IMG/VR virus record: IMGVR_UViG_3300044974_000700
Coordinates: 21,554 to 85,553 of that record
Strand: one strand, 5' to 3'
DNA from: a virus
DNA length: 64,000 bases
Shown here: positions 7,628 to 17,234 of the stretch, in pieces
Numbering within the stretch: the stretch's first letter is position 1
How the letters are laid out: every line of letters begins with the position of its first letter
Made by a program: the position numbers and the translations under genes
Notes under the pieces: generated by a model
Database searches by the model: none
What the model saw: the letters and a program-made list of their open reading frames with translations, nothing else
What the model was told of the DNA's origin: nothing

Positions 7628-7906
7628 TTATTTGCCTAGAATCTGCTTTATAAGCTCTATTGGCGTAGTTGGATCTTCATCTGGTAGTGAACCATATTTA
7701 TGTAATAATTTAAGTAATATGCCAGCTATGAATACATCATCTGAATATGCCATCCATGGGAATAATATATCAAATAAGTCTATAGGTACTAATATGTATC
7801 CTACACACGCCACCGCCACAATTTTGACCCATATTGGAGATCTATTAAATTGATCTTTATAGGGTCTAATTATTTGGCGAAATGGGGTTCTATTTTTGCG
7901 TTTCAC
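7628..7906 (-). CDS. DUF1232/YkvA-like membrane protein
   Basis: YILVPIDLF...DD motif in a hydrophobic segment. Confidence 0.6.
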   Translation of the reverse strand: MKRKNRTPFRQIIRPYKDQFNRSPIWVKIVAVACVGYILVPIDLFDILFPWMAYSDDVFIAGILLKLLHKYGSLPDEDPTTPIELIKQILGK

Positions 7907-8068
7907 TTAATCCCATAAATTATATGCATATTCAGGACTATTTAAACTAATCATTCTAGACTTGTTACATGGACATGGTGGAGCTTTATGTATCTTATCT
8001 TCTGGTAATTCAGTCTCTATTGTTAATAATGTCTTACATTCCTTACATTTAAACATATATTTAGTCAT
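7907..8068 (-). CDS. small Zn-ribbon protein (53 aa)
   Basis: manual translation MTKYMFKCKEC...CPC. Confidence 0.5.
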   Translation of the reverse strand: MTKYMFKCKECKTLLTIETELPEDKIHKAPPCPCNKSRMISLNSPEYAYNLWD

Positions 8069-8660
8069 TGTTATGTCCTTTGTTAAATAATCTATCTCTA
8101 AATTGGTTGACTGATTTAAAGATTTTATCCTCTACTACATAATCTAAATGCGAGTAATCAGATGGCTTTTTCTTATTATTCATTCTAAAAAATATCATTT
8201 TTACATATTCCCCGTCTTTAAAATTTTTAATTGGTCTCCAATGTATATTTTCATTGGCATTAAATACTATGGCTGAGTTATCCTCTAGTGGGTATACTTC
8301 TGTTCCCACCCCTAAATCCCAAGAAGTATTTGCTTCCCATTGATAATCAAAAACTAGATCCTTATCGTCATGATCAAAGTGTGCTGGTAAATTTGGTTGA
8401 CCAAATTTATTGTTATATTCTACATATGTAGCATTAGCAAAATCTAAATTTTTATTAAATAAATTTACTGAAAGCATGGATATTTTATTTTCTATACTTG
8501 GTGGCAAGTTATTTAATTCTATTTTTAATCGACCAAGATTTGGGTCTTCCCCTGCTTGATCTGAATCTATAATACATTGACGAATAATTTCAATATCTTC
8601 TAAATTAAATAGATTTTGAATTTTTTCAATCTGTGTCATCTTTTTTATTAAGCCATCCAC
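8061..8660 (-). CDS. 2OG-Fe(II) oxygenase-like protein
   Basis: HFD...HWR facial-triad pattern. Confidence 0.6.
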   Translation of the reverse strand: MDGLIKKMTQIEKIQNLFNLEDIEIIRQCIIDSDQAGEDPNLGRLKIELNNLPPSIENKISMLSVNLFNKNLDFANATYVEYNNKFGQPNLPAHFDHDDKDLVFDYQWEANTSWDLGVGTEVYPLEDNSAIVFNANENIHWRPIKNFKDGEYVKMIFFRMNNKKKPSDYSHLDYVVEDKIFKSVNQFRDRLFNKGHNND

Positions 8661-9105
8661 CTATATTGGGATCTTTTAAACCTGGTTCTATTCCATTAGG
8701 GTATTTACTATAGAATACTCCATCAGCTTCCCGCCCCGCTTGTTCTACAACAAATCCATTTTCACGATCAAACATAACATAATCTAGTTCTTGTACATCA
8801 AAGTATTGCTTGAATATTCTTAGTGCCTTATGAAGGTCAAGTGTTCCGCATGTATAAAGATCAAATTGAACCAGTCCTGGGTCTATTTCATCCCAGATAT
8901 GAAATGCAATATGGCTTGTTTCAATCATAACGACTGCGGTTAAGCCTTTATTGCCATCTGCATCTACGTAAGAAGCAAATGGGCCCTTAATTATTTTCAT
9001 ATCAATCTGATTGACTAGGAATTTAAGAAATTCAATACCCTGTTCTTCGGTATTCATTGGGTTCTTTACTTTAGCGTTAACGAGTAAATGCTTATGGTAT
9101 ATCAT
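8626..9105 (-). CDS. speD: S-adenosylmethionine decarboxylase proenzyme
   Basis: HLLVNA, G.TAVVMIETSHIAFHIW, DLYTCG motifs. Confidence 0.8.
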   Translation of the reverse strand: MIYHKHLLVNAKVKNPMNTEEQGIEFLKFLVNQIDMKIIKGPFASYVDADGNKGLTAVVMIETSHIAFHIWDEIDPGLVQFDLYTCGTLDLHKALRIFKQYFDVQELDYVMFDRENGFVVEQAGREADGVFYSKYPNGIEPGLKDPNIGGWLNKKDDTD

Positions 9106-9271
9106 TAAGATGTTCCTTACATACAAATATTATTCGATACCCGTCCGAATTGATCCCAACGGATGCCTTCTTGCAAAAATTGCAGACAGATGCTATTCTA
9201 ACATTTCTGTTTCTCAAATGCTGCACATATGCAGCTTGGAATGGATCTTTTGGAATCGGATATCCGCTCAT
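9092..9271 (-). CDS. small Zn-finger protein (59 aa)
   Basis: manual translation, CNFC...CKEH. Confidence 0.5.
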   Translation of the reverse strand: MSGYPIPKDPFQAAYVQHLRNRNVRIASVCNFCKKASVGINSDGYRIIFVCKEHLNDIP

Positions 9272-9348
9272 GTTCTACCCTGTAACCATGCCATATAATT
9301 TAAAATGGCGAATATCGCCAGCATGAGAAAAATTGCATATTTCATGTT

Positions 9349-9807
9349 CTACTTTTGCGCTTCACTTTCGTCGATTTTAAATAATACTAATTCATCAGTA
9401 TTTTGTGTTCTATCTATTATATATCTAACTTCATCTATTATTTTATGACAAAGGGCAGTATGTATCATTTGATCAGAGTAGCTGCCAGTTAGTGGCTTTG
9501 CTGAAAAATAAACTACATAATATATATCTGGATACATGGCTTTTATTAAAGCTCCATTTGCGATAGCTTTCTTTACATTATCTGTTCTTTGGGCTCCAGG
9601 TCGCTTCTTGTCGTCATCCCGCCCTCCTTTTGCCTCTACATGCTCTAGCGGCCACTGATTGCCATATGCAACAAAATCTACTTCACATCCAGTCCCAGGC
9701 ATGTAAACATTTTTCTTAATTAAAAAGAATCCACGTTCTTTAAGATCATTTAAAACCTTGTCTTCAAATTCATCTCCTGAACGTTTTGAATCAGATTGAA
9801 AATTCAT
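9349..9807 (-). CDS. PD-(D/E)XK nuclease-like protein
   Basis: G..FE, EVDFVA...VEAKGG motif. Confidence 0.65.
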   Translation of the reverse strand: MNFQSDSKRSGDEFEDKVLNDLKERGFFLIKKNVYMPGTGCEVDFVAYGNQWPLEHVEAKGGRDDDKKRPGAQRTDNVKKAIANGALIKAMYPDIYYVVYFSAKPLTGSYSDQMIHTALCHKIIDEVRYIIDRTQNTDELVLFKIDESEAQK

Positions 9808-9809
9808 TT

Positions 9810-10565
9810 CTACTTTTCCGCTTCACTTTTTTGAACTTTGTATTCTTTAATACATTGAGATATTGTGCTATATTCTGAATCTGGTATAGACTCTTGTAAT
9901 AAAATTCCTTCTACATTATTTTCATTACAGTCATCAAGAAATTTAAAAAAATCATTTTTTGTAAAAGCAGCAGCGTCTTGATTATCTGGTATTACTTTTA
10001 ATTCATCAGATATAATTGGCGCAACTGAAACTATATATTTTTGATTAGTCGTATTAAACTTATTTGTTTTATAGTATGAGTATGGTATTATCATTGGGAA
10101 AGAGTTGGCTTTAGATAAATCAAATATAGTTTCATTAGTAGTAGATATATAAAATTCATTTTTAGATATCTTTTTAAATTCTTTTGCATATTCAATCATA
10201 TAGTTTGAACGATCTATATTAGTAGAATTATCATTGACTTCAGACAATATCCCGCCAAAAAATTTTTCATTATCATATATCCAACCAGTTAAGAAATTAA
10301 TTGCAACTCTTCCGTGTGATATTTGATTCAATGAAGAACATATCATATGCAGATATTGTGGAGAAATTACATATGGCCTAATTGCAACTATATATTTAAA
10401 CTTACTAGATTTATCTATATTGCGAGCTATTCTTGTAAAATAGTCATTAATAAAAATGCCATAAGGGTACATGGTAGCAGTAAATCCGTTTTTTTCTAAC
10501 TCTACAGACCTGCTCGATATACCGCCTGGTACTGGAAAATTACGCTCAAACCAAATTATTTGCAT
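9810..10565 (-). CDS. LLM-class (luciferase-like) flavin-dependent oxidoreductase, divergent
   Basis: AIRPYVISPQY...SLNQISHGRVAINFLTGW, as in the SsuD family. Confidence 0.65.
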   Translation of the reverse strand: MQIIWFERNFPVPGGISSRSVELEKNGFTATMYPYGIFINDYFTRIARNIDKSSKFKYIVAIRPYVISPQYLHMICSSLNQISHGRVAINFLTGWIYDNEKFFGGILSEVNDNSTNIDRSNYMIEYAKEFKKISKNEFYISTTNETIFDLSKANSFPMIIPYSYYKTNKFNTTNQKYIVSVAPIISDELKVIPDNQDAAAFTKNDFFKFLDDCNENNVEGILLQESIPDSEYSTISQCIKEYKVQKSEAEK

Positions 10566-11403
10566 CTATCAGCTTATTTAGTTCTTGATATGGTTCCCCA
10601 AGTGCGGTAACAATATTTCTTTCTGTATGCATAAATAAAAATATATAAGTTTTTGTTCCAGACAAAACTGGCTTTACGCTATGTACAAGTAAACATGGAA
10701 GTATAACTACGCTTCCTGCTTTGGGCTGAATACAATATCCATAATCATTTACAACCAATTCTCCGCCCGTATAGTCATCATTTAAATAAATTAAAGCAGT
10801 CCAATCCATTGTGTTTAATGGGTTCTCTATGTTTCTGTCAATATGTACGCCAAGATCCCCACCAGTTCTGTACTGTCTTATGCAATAGTTTCTTGTTACC
10901 CAAATAGGTTTTTGGCTACCAGTTTTTTCTTGCCATATTTCAAGAACTTTATTTAAATCTGGCTCAATTAAATTATAAATAGGATCGGCAAGTTTATGTG
11001 CATTAGAATATTCAGAAGTAACTTCTTTGCGTGGCCACATACTGTTTCGATTATTTATTGTCTCATCCCAGTCTAGGTTTTTACATAAGCCTCTGTGGGC
11101 ATGCTCATTATCTGGAAAAACATGATCCCATTTAGTGTCATCATTTGGATCAAGCCTAACTGGGTATCCGTCTACCCATTTTAGCCATGGGGGTATTACT
11201 GAATGCAGTTCTTTATTGTTATTTTCTTTTTCAATTGTATCTAAAAATTTCTCAGCATTTGGAAATGCGTTTTCTATGTATAGAACACCGCCTGGCAATT
11301 CGTAGACCTTTAGATCATTTGAATAATTTGGAGCAACCCAATTTTCTCCACGATTTATTTTTAATAATCTTTCCCATTCTTTATTTTCCACTATTACCTC
11401 CAA
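10546..11403 (-). CDS. prolyl-4-hydroxylase-like 2OG-Fe(II) oxygenase
   Basis: HID, YLNDDYTGGEL, PKAGS, HSV. Confidence 0.8.
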   Translation of the reverse strand: MEVIVENKEWERLLKINRGENWVAPNYSNDLKVYELPGGVLYIENAFPNAEKFLDTIEKENNNKELHSVIPPWLKWVDGYPVRLDPNDDTKWDHVFPDNEHAHRGLCKNLDWDETINNRNSMWPRKEVTSEYSNAHKLADPIYNLIEPDLNKVLEIWQEKTGSQKPIWVTRNYCIRQYRTGGDLGVHIDRNIENPLNTMDWTALIYLNDDYTGGELVVNDYGYCIQPKAGSVVILPCLLVHSVKPVLSGTKTYIFLFMHTERNIVTALGEPYQELNKLIDANNLV

Positions 11404-11420
11404 TATGCCAAATAATTATA

Positions 11421-11585
11421 TCATTTCTTTGAATTTATTATTTCCAATAATAAAATTTTAAATCCTAATGCATTTACTTGTGACGGGCCGTCTACATCAA
11501 TGGATTCTATTGCTTCTAAAATTCTCTTTTGTTCTTGCTTTACAGCTTTTTTACAGCCACTACATGGGCATACCCAATCAGACAC
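11421..11585 (-). CDS. small hypothetical protein (CPCSGC)
   Basis: manual translation, GTG start overlapping upstream gene. Confidence 0.45.
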   Translation of the reverse strand: MSDWVCPCSGCKKAVKQEQKRILEAIESIDVDGPSQVNALGFKILLLEIINSKK

Positions 11586-11940
11586 GCTTAATCATCCTAA
11601 ATGCATCCCCGTTATCATCTTCGTAGTCCCATGTGCTTCTATGCTCACAATAATCTGGATCTACGCATCCAGTTTTTTCCCAATACGGCACACCTTCCTC
11701 ATCATAATCATTCCACCCATCTCCATTCATATCAAAACTAAATTCATACATTGTGCCAAATCTATAATATACTGGCCAAGTAATTTTCCAAATAAATGAA
11801 TGTAATTTATATCTCCATCCAAAATCTTCTAACTCGTCTTGATAGGAAATATGCATAATTGCCCATCCTGCAATTGATCCACACATATTAGCAAACCAAC
11901 GTAAGGGAAGAACTTTGGTTTTATTTATCTTAATACTCAT
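11578..11940 (-). CDS. hypothetical protein
   Basis: GGAGG RBS, operon position. Confidence 0.6.
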   Translation of the reverse strand: MSIKINKTKVLPLRWFANMCGSIAGWAIMHISYQDELEDFGWRYKLHSFIWKITWPVYYRFGTMYEFSFDMNGDGWNDYDEEGVPYWEKTGCVDPDYCEHRSTWDYEDDNGDAFRMIKRV

Positions 11941-12064
11941 TATCTACATCCTCCTCCCAATCCATTTCCCACGACTCCATTGATTTAGATAAATCATTAA
12001 ATGCTCTGTATGCAGTAAAAGCCGCAGCAAAAGCAGCAAATGCTAATAGGCTAATTTTTTTCAT
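11930..12064 (-). CDS. small membrane-anchored protein (44 aa), leaderless
   Basis: TTGACG...TATAAT then 6 nt to ATG. Confidence 0.5.
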   Translation of the reverse strand: MKKISLLAFAAFAAAFTAYRAFNDLSKSMESWEMDWEEDVDNEY

Positions 12065-12103
12065 ATATATATTATATAATTTTATGCAAATTTCGTCAAT
12101 AGT

Positions 12104-12763
12104 TTATTTATGAACAAAATCAGAGTCAAAACCTTTAAATTTATTTTCTTCTTCTGCCACTATCCAAAATATAACGGCATACCTATTGCCTGAAGTTATT
12201 TTCTCGCCGCCGTGTAATTGGTCAGCCTTAAACAATACAGCTCCTCCAGATTTAGGAGTTACCTTTAATGAATCCATCCATTCTTTAGGTAATGGGAAGT
12301 GCTGCATCTCTTGATCACGAACTAAATCTATTTCATTATCGACAAAAACCATTTCTCCGCCTTCATAATCGTCATTTAGTACTGCAACACAGCTATATGT
12401 TAAATTAGAATAAGTGTTATGTATATCTTTATGTATTCTAAGCTGTATACCCTCAGTTAATTTTGTAATAGAAACACCATAGAAAAAGGGATTTTCTATT
12501 TCGTAATTTTCTTTTACTAATTTTTTAAATTTTTCAGAATATTTATTTGTCCAAATTTCTAAATCTTTAAAAAGCGTTGCTGGTTTTTCGTCTGGGAAAA
12601 CAGCTCTGTATGCAGCTCCTTCTCCATGTGCGACGCCAATTCTTTTTCTAAACAAATTTTCATTTTCAAAATTATTATCTATCCATTTTATTAAAAAATC
12701 ACAATCATCTTTTTCAATAAAATCATATTCTTCTGTAAATAGCTTTATCTGATCATTATTCAT
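12104..12763 (-). CDS. prolyl-4-hydroxylase-like 2OG-Fe(II) oxygenase
   Basis: HKD, LNDDYEGGE, HGG..I.SG.RY. Confidence 0.8.
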   Translation of the reverse strand: MNNDQIKLFTEEYDFIEKDDCDFLIKWIDNNFENENLFRKRIGVAHGEGAAYRAVFPDEKPATLFKDLEIWTNKYSEKFKKLVKENYEIENPFFYGVSITKLTEGIQLRIHKDIHNTYSNLTYSCVAVLNDDYEGGEMVFVDNEIDLVRDQEMQHFPLPKEWMDSLKVTPKSGGAVLFKADQLHGGEKITSGNRYAVIFWIVAEEENKFKGFDSDFVHK

Positions 12764-14001
12764 TTTTTATTCTCCTTTATTGCAAAATGCCAATCCTTAT
12801 TAGATTTAACAGGATGATTATCATTATCAAATAAATTATATTTTGCACCCTTTGATGCCCACATGGGCAAGGCGTACCTTGCCCCCCTTTTTATATTAGT
12901 GACTCTATGCTCAATTGTTGATTCAAACATTATTAAACTAAATTTTTTAGGTTTAAGAGTTAAATTATTATTTATAAATTCTAAATAGCCACCATCGAAA
13001 TCGTCACTTAAATACAAAACTGCACTTTTATATAGATGTTCAGCTTCTATATGGTTATCCCTATGTGCGTTTATTTTAGTATCTTTGCCTAATAAAACCA
13101 TCCAGAATGCAGAAATATACAGATCATCTTCTTTAAAAAAATTTTTAAACTCTGTCAAAGTTTTATCAGAGTACTTTTTAATTAAATCTAAAATTTCAGA
13201 ATGTTCTGACAATGAAACACTTTCTGGTATATTTGCCTGAATGCTAAGTCTTCCAAACTCAAACTCACCTCTGGTTAAAGGAAATTTTTCTTTATTATTT
13301 TGATTTAGATTTATGTATTCAATAAATTTATTTGCATCTTCATTTGATATAAAATCTTCTATTATTTTTATTTTAATAGGGTTTTCAGTATTAGACATAA
13401 TAGAATCTAGGGTTTCAAAGTAACATTTTGGCATTATATCTATTAATAAATGTATTCTATCTTCTAAGCCACCATTTACAACAGAGTGTGGTTTAAAATT
13501 ATTTATTTCCCAGCATTCTCCCTCTTTCATATGTATTTTTTCTTCATTTACAATGTAAAAAACTTCATCATTTGTTATTAAAGGTATATGATATCTTCTT
13601 ACAGTAGACAAATAATCTCCGCCGTCGGTATGCGTAGAAACATCACTTTTTGCATTTAATTTAATTAATAAAATTCTAGCTGCACGTCCAACAACTTCTT
13701 CTTCCAGTGGCCTTATTATAGATTCTTCTATAATTTTATATATTTTTTCATCTTTGAGAATAGGATTTGCCATGGAGCCAAATTTCCAGAATAGGTCGTG
13801 ATCTTGAACTATATAGGTATTTGTAAAAAGATGTGGATTTCTTCGATCTTCATAAACCTGACTTTGTCTTGAAGTGTCTATATTCCACTCATCGTTAAAT
13901 TTTTTAACAACATTTATTAAAGAATTAACATCAAATTTTTTAAAAAAATTAAAATTAAAAGTTTCTAATTCCTTTTTAGGAGTATTTTCACCTCTAAGCA
14001 T
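12760..14001 (-). CDS. fusion: Asp/Asn beta-hydroxylase-like plus P4H-like 2OG-Fe(II) oxygenase
   Basis: N-half HTD..RYHIPL..GECWEINN..HSV.N...RIHL; C-half HRD..YLSDDFDGG..HRV..G.RY. Confidence 0.75.
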   Translation of the reverse strand: MLRGENTPKKELETFNFNFFKKFDVNSLINVVKKFNDEWNIDTSRQSQVYEDRRNPHLFTNTYIVQDHDLFWKFGSMANPILKDEKIYKIIEESIIRPLEEEVVGRAARILLIKLNAKSDVSTHTDGGDYLSTVRRYHIPLITNDEVFYIVNEEKIHMKEGECWEINNFKPHSVVNGGLEDRIHLLIDIMPKCYFETLDSIMSNTENPIKIKIIEDFISNEDANKFIEYINLNQNNKEKFPLTRGEFEFGRLSIQANIPESVSLSEHSEILDLIKKYSDKTLTEFKNFFKEDDLYISAFWMVLLGKDTKINAHRDNHIEAEHLYKSAVLYLSDDFDGGYLEFINNNLTLKPKKFSLIMFESTIEHRVTNIKRGARYALPMWASKGAKYNLFDNDNHPVKSNKDWHFAIKENKK

Positions 14002-14794
14002 TTTCTATATCCTTAATTAATTTATAAAGATTATAATCTATTTGGTTATTTTCTATAATTTGAGCAATATCATCATTTGATAACAAACTCATTAAATCCT
14101 GAGTTTTATATAGCTTGCCGTCTCCATAGTCACATACACTTTCATTTGTTTTAATATTTTTTTCAAAGTTTATTTCTATTTTATAATTTTCCATAAACCA
14201 TTTGTTAATATTATTTTCAAATTTTTCAAAACTATCTAACGTGTTTTTAATTTTAAATTTAGTAATTTGCTGAACTGCAAATGAATATGAAGTTTTTTCA
14301 TTTTCAACAAACCAAGTAAATGCTTTACCTTCATTAAACTCTTTTAACATTTCAAATCCATGTTCTTTATAAAATTGAGGAACGTCAAAAGATCTTTCAT
14401 CAGCAGGATTACAAATAAATCTTGCTTGGTAGTTATTGTGTAAAGAATAATTCTTATCTTCAAATAGATAATAACTTAACTTATCTTTAACATTTTTTAT
14501 TGATGAATATTCTTCTCTATCAACCAAATACATGTTATATATAAAATTAAAATAACTTAATCGTGCCTCAACTGGATTTCTTATTATAGTTGCTACATCC
14601 ATATTTGGATTCTTTAAGATTGGATATGTCCCAGCATGTATAGAAACATAAACCTTGTCTTCAAAATTATTATAGTTTGGGAAATGTGTACTTATATAAT
14701 ATTTTAAATTATTTTCATCTAAAGATTTTTTAATACATTTACTGACATGTTTACCTGCAGTTTTAGGTATATGTAAAAAATATAACTGTTTCAT
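13994..14794 (-). CDS. sulfotransferase family protein
   Basis: FLHIPKTAG 5'-PSB motif, RNPVEARLSY 3'-PB motif, N..DY.LY. Confidence 0.75.
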   Translation of the reverse strand: MKQLYFLHIPKTAGKHVSKCIKKSLDENNLKYYISTHFPNYNNFEDKVYVSIHAGTYPILKNPNMDVATIIRNPVEARLSYFNFIYNMYLVDREEYSSIKNVKDKLSYYLFEDKNYSLHNNYQARFICNPADERSFDVPQFYKEHGFEMLKEFNEGKAFTWFVENEKTSYSFAVQQITKFKIKNTLDSFEKFENNINKWFMENYKIEINFEKNIKTNESVCDYGDGKLYKTQDLMSLLSNDDIAQIIENNQIDYNLYKLIKDIENA

Positions 14795-14922
14795 TAAGAA
14801 CTTGCTTCTAAAAATCCTTTGAAATGATATTTACACACTTCAACAACCTGATATTCGTTATTTTTTTCTACAAGTTCTCCAGTGTATTCTGCTGGACATT
14901 CACAAAAAAAGCATGGTGGCAA
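14794..14922 (-). CDS. small Zn-finger protein (42 aa)
   Basis: TTG start, CFFC...CKYH. Confidence 0.45.
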   Translation of the reverse strand: MPPCFFCECPAEYTGELVEKNNEYQVVEVCKYHFKGFLEASS

Positions 14923-14923
14923 A

Positions 14924-15766
14924 TTATTTTCCATATACCCCTCCATTTAATTCTGAATCTGAATTATTAATTAATTGTCCTCTTTCAAATCCAACCCTTT
15001 TTCTTTTTTCTTTAAGATATAATTCCCACTCATCTTCTTTTTCATATTTTGCTTTTTCTTCCCAGTAAGATGGTGCTCCTTCGTCTTCATATCTCCAATA
15101 TAATCTTAAAATATATTTTTTAGCATCTTCACACTTTCTTGTGGCATGGTATATGGGATGTTTAGCTGGGAATATAACTATGTCACCTGCAGATGGCTTA
15201 TAGCTACCTCTCCAAACTACTTCTTGTAAATCATCTGATAACTCTTTAAATATTATTTCTCCGCCAGAATACTCGTCATTTAAATAAAACAAACATGTAA
15301 AACCAAATTTAACCCCTGGCTCATCATGTCTTTCATGTTGAAAATCGGTATGGTATGGCATACCGTGATCTATGCCAGCACCAGCTCCTGGCGTGTAAGA
15401 AGCTATATCAAAAGCCTCCCACTTCCAGTTTGGCAAATTTATATTTTGATCTTCTGCATATATTTTTGTAGAATAATAATATAAATCTAAAACTTCTTTA
15501 ATCAAAAAGTTTTTATGTGCTTCATTTTCTATTCCATCAAAAACTTTATCAAAAGATTCTTTAGAAGGAAAAGATTCCCACGTCGGCCCTGGGGTAAATA
15601 TCCTTCTATGATCTCCAAAAGCATACCACCCTTCCCAGTTTTCGGCTTCATTCTCAAATGGTGGCAATGACTCATAATAATTGATTAACTCTTTACCATA
15701 TTTATAAGCTTTTTTGAAAACCCATATGGAATCATGAATTTTTTCAACTTCAAAATTAACTGTCAT
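14924..15766 (-). CDS. prolyl-4-hydroxylase-like 2OG-Fe(II) oxygenase
   Basis: YHTD, YLNDEYSGGEI, PSAGD, YH. Confidence 0.8.
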   Translation of the reverse strand: MTVNFEVEKIHDSIWVFKKAYKYGKELINYYESLPPFENEAENWEGWYAFGDHRRIFTPGPTWESFPSKESFDKVFDGIENEAHKNFLIKEVLDLYYYSTKIYAEDQNINLPNWKWEAFDIASYTPGAGAGIDHGMPYHTDFQHERHDEPGVKFGFTCLFYLNDEYSGGEIIFKELSDDLQEVVWRGSYKPSAGDIVIFPAKHPIYHATRKCEDAKKYILRLYWRYEDEGAPSYWEEKAKYEKEDEWELYLKEKRKRVGFERGQLINNSDSELNGGVYGK

Positions 15767-15995
15767 TTTTTAGCTTCCCCTTTATTTTGATCCATGTACC
15801 TATTTTACCAGAATGGACTTTTCCCCTCAATATCTCAGAAAAGGTTGGATGTGGATTCTCATTTCCAATATACTCTTGGCCAGTTTCCATATCTATAATT
15901 TTCCATTTTGCAGGAGCTTTAGTATGTATGACTAAATCAACGGGATGATCAAAATCTTCTACCGTTGATCCATCTAAAAGTTTTCTAAGTTTAAT
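15756..15995 (-). CDS. hypothetical protein, start uncertain (ATT?)
   Basis: open frame RKLLDGS..HTKAPAKWKIIDMETGQEYIG with no ATG/GTG/TTG at the 5' end. Confidence 0.4.
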   Translation of the reverse strand: MKLRKLLDGSTVEDFDHPVDLVIHTKAPAKWKIIDMETGQEYIGNENPHPTFSEILRGKVHSGKIGTWIKIKGKLKNDS

Positions 15996-15996
15996 G

Positions 15997-16092
15997 CTAA
16001 ATACCTAAATCTTCTACAAAATCTATTTGATCATCAATAGAATTAATTATATCTAGCTCAAGATCTGATGAGCTATTTTTTGTTTGACACAT
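15997..16092 (-). CDS. micro-ORF (31 aa, acidic)
   Basis: MCQTKNSSSDLELDIINSIDDQIDFVEDLGI. Confidence 0.35.
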   Translation of the reverse strand: MCQTKNSSSDLELDIINSIDDQIDFVEDLGI

Positions 16093-16228
16093 CTTTCTTA
16101 GGATGGTTAGGCTTATAATCATCAATAACAGCTTTTACTGTTCCGTCTTTTCTAAGCCTAACTATCTTTCCATCTTTAATTTGTGTTTTATTAAAAGGAA
16201 AACTTCCTCTTCGTTGACCAGAAGACAT
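16073..16228 (-). CDS. micro-ORF (51 aa, basic)
   Basis: TAATG coupled; ..IKDGKIVRLRKDGTVKA.. Confidence 0.55.
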   Translation of the reverse strand: MSSGQRRGSFPFNKTQIKDGKIVRLRKDGTVKAVIDDYKPNHPKKDVSNKK

Positions 16229-16383
16229 TATACTTTCTTCCTGCCAACTTTTTTAGGCTGCAATACAGTTTCTCTTCTTATGCCGTGCTTGTTTCTATCT
16301 ATTTTAATAGCAGGCTTAAATTTACCCTGATGTGGGTGTTTCCTTGTAGCGCTACCTGTTGTTACTGTATTATTTTCTGACAT
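16228..16383 (-). CDS. micro-ORF (51 aa, basic)
   Basis: TAATG coupled. Confidence 0.5.
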   Translation of the reverse strand: MSENNTVTTGSATRKHPHQGKFKPAIKIDRNKHGIRRETVLQPKKVGRKKV

Positions 16384-16481
16384 TATCTTCCTTTTACGGA
16401 GTCAGAAGTAACTACATTGCGATCAGAAGCGGATTCGTATTGAATATCTTCTGTATTTTCGCAACCACATTCTTTACACAT
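16383..16481 (-). CDS. micro-ORF (32 aa, MCKECGC)
   Basis: TAATG coupled, GAGGA RBS. Confidence 0.5.
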   Translation of the reverse strand: MCKECGCENTEDIQYESASDRNVVTSDSVKGR

Positions 16482-16672
16482 TAGTCTGGGTCCTCTATAC
16501 CTTCTCGCATTTCATGAACAGGATCTTCTTCAATAAATTCTTCTCTCTGTTCACGTGTTGCTGTCATGCCAAGTGTCAATCCTGCATTGCCTTGACTTGT
16601 CATATCTTTTAAAGATACTGGAGTTACGCCTACTGGGCTGCCAACATTATTGCAACCGCACTCAACGCACAT
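16481..16672 (-). CDS. micro-ORF (63 aa, MCVECGC)
   Basis: ORF track; TAATAATG coupling. Confidence 0.6.
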   Translation of the reverse strand: MCVECGCNNVGSPVGVTPVSLKDMTSQGNAGLTLGMTATREQREEFIEEDPVHEMREGIEDPD

Positions 16673-16674
16673 TA

Positions 16675-16833
16675 TTACTTACCACCTTGTCCAAGTCCAG
16701 ATCCGTCTTGTGTAGACTTATCTGATGCTGCTGGCATAGATCCAGTTGCTGGAGACTGCGATGCAGCATTCCATGGTGTTGTTCCTGCTGGCTTAGTGTT
16801 ATTAAAGCCATCTAAATTTAATCCGTCTGACAT
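16675..16833 (-). CDS. micro-ORF (52 aa, Gly/Ser/Ala-rich)
   Basis: TGATATAAT promoter, 5' hairpin, AGGAG RBS. Confidence 0.6.
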   Translation of the reverse strand: MSDGLNLDGFNNTKPAGTTPWNAASQSPATGSMPAASDKSTQDGSGLGQGGK

Positions 16834-17015
16834 TTTATTACTCCTATAGGTTTATTTAAGCGGGTCTAGAAGTCCGCTTATTCTTCAATTATATCATTTT
16901 TTGTATTTTTTACTGTAACAGTCCCTACATACCTGAATTATCTTAGTTTCTGTAGATGTTATTCGTTCTGCTGGACTAGTACATCCGTCTATCTCACAAA
17001 TATCTAATATATCCA

Positions 17016-17234
17016 TTAATTTATTTTATTGCCAAACTTGGCCCAAACTCTTTCATGTAGATAATAGCCTAAAGCTTCCCATGCTATATAGCCGAGGGCT
17101 CCAAGAGTTGCATATTCATATTCAATCTTTCCAGTTAGCATCCAGCTAACAACAGCAATAATTCCAGCTACGCCTACAAGGTGAAAAGTTTCCCAGCTTA
17201 GAGTTTTTAATAAGCTTTTTTTATTTGATTCCAT
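17016..17234 (-). CDS. DUF2061-like small membrane protein
   Basis: SLLKTLSW...YYLHERVW. Confidence 0.7.
   Translation of the reverse strand: MESNKKSLLKTLSWETFHLVGVAGIIAVVSWMLTGKIEYEYATLGALGYIAWEALGYYLHERVWAKFGNKIN

Noticed and set aside
7200-7853. + strand ORFs 7200-7412 and 7605-7853
   Set aside because: The first lies in the repeat junction after a terminator with no RBS; the second is antisense to the DUF1232-like gene.
9092-9271. Apparent frameshift at the A-run near 9175
   Set aside because: Recounting gives five A's, which keeps the CxxC..CxxH frame intact.
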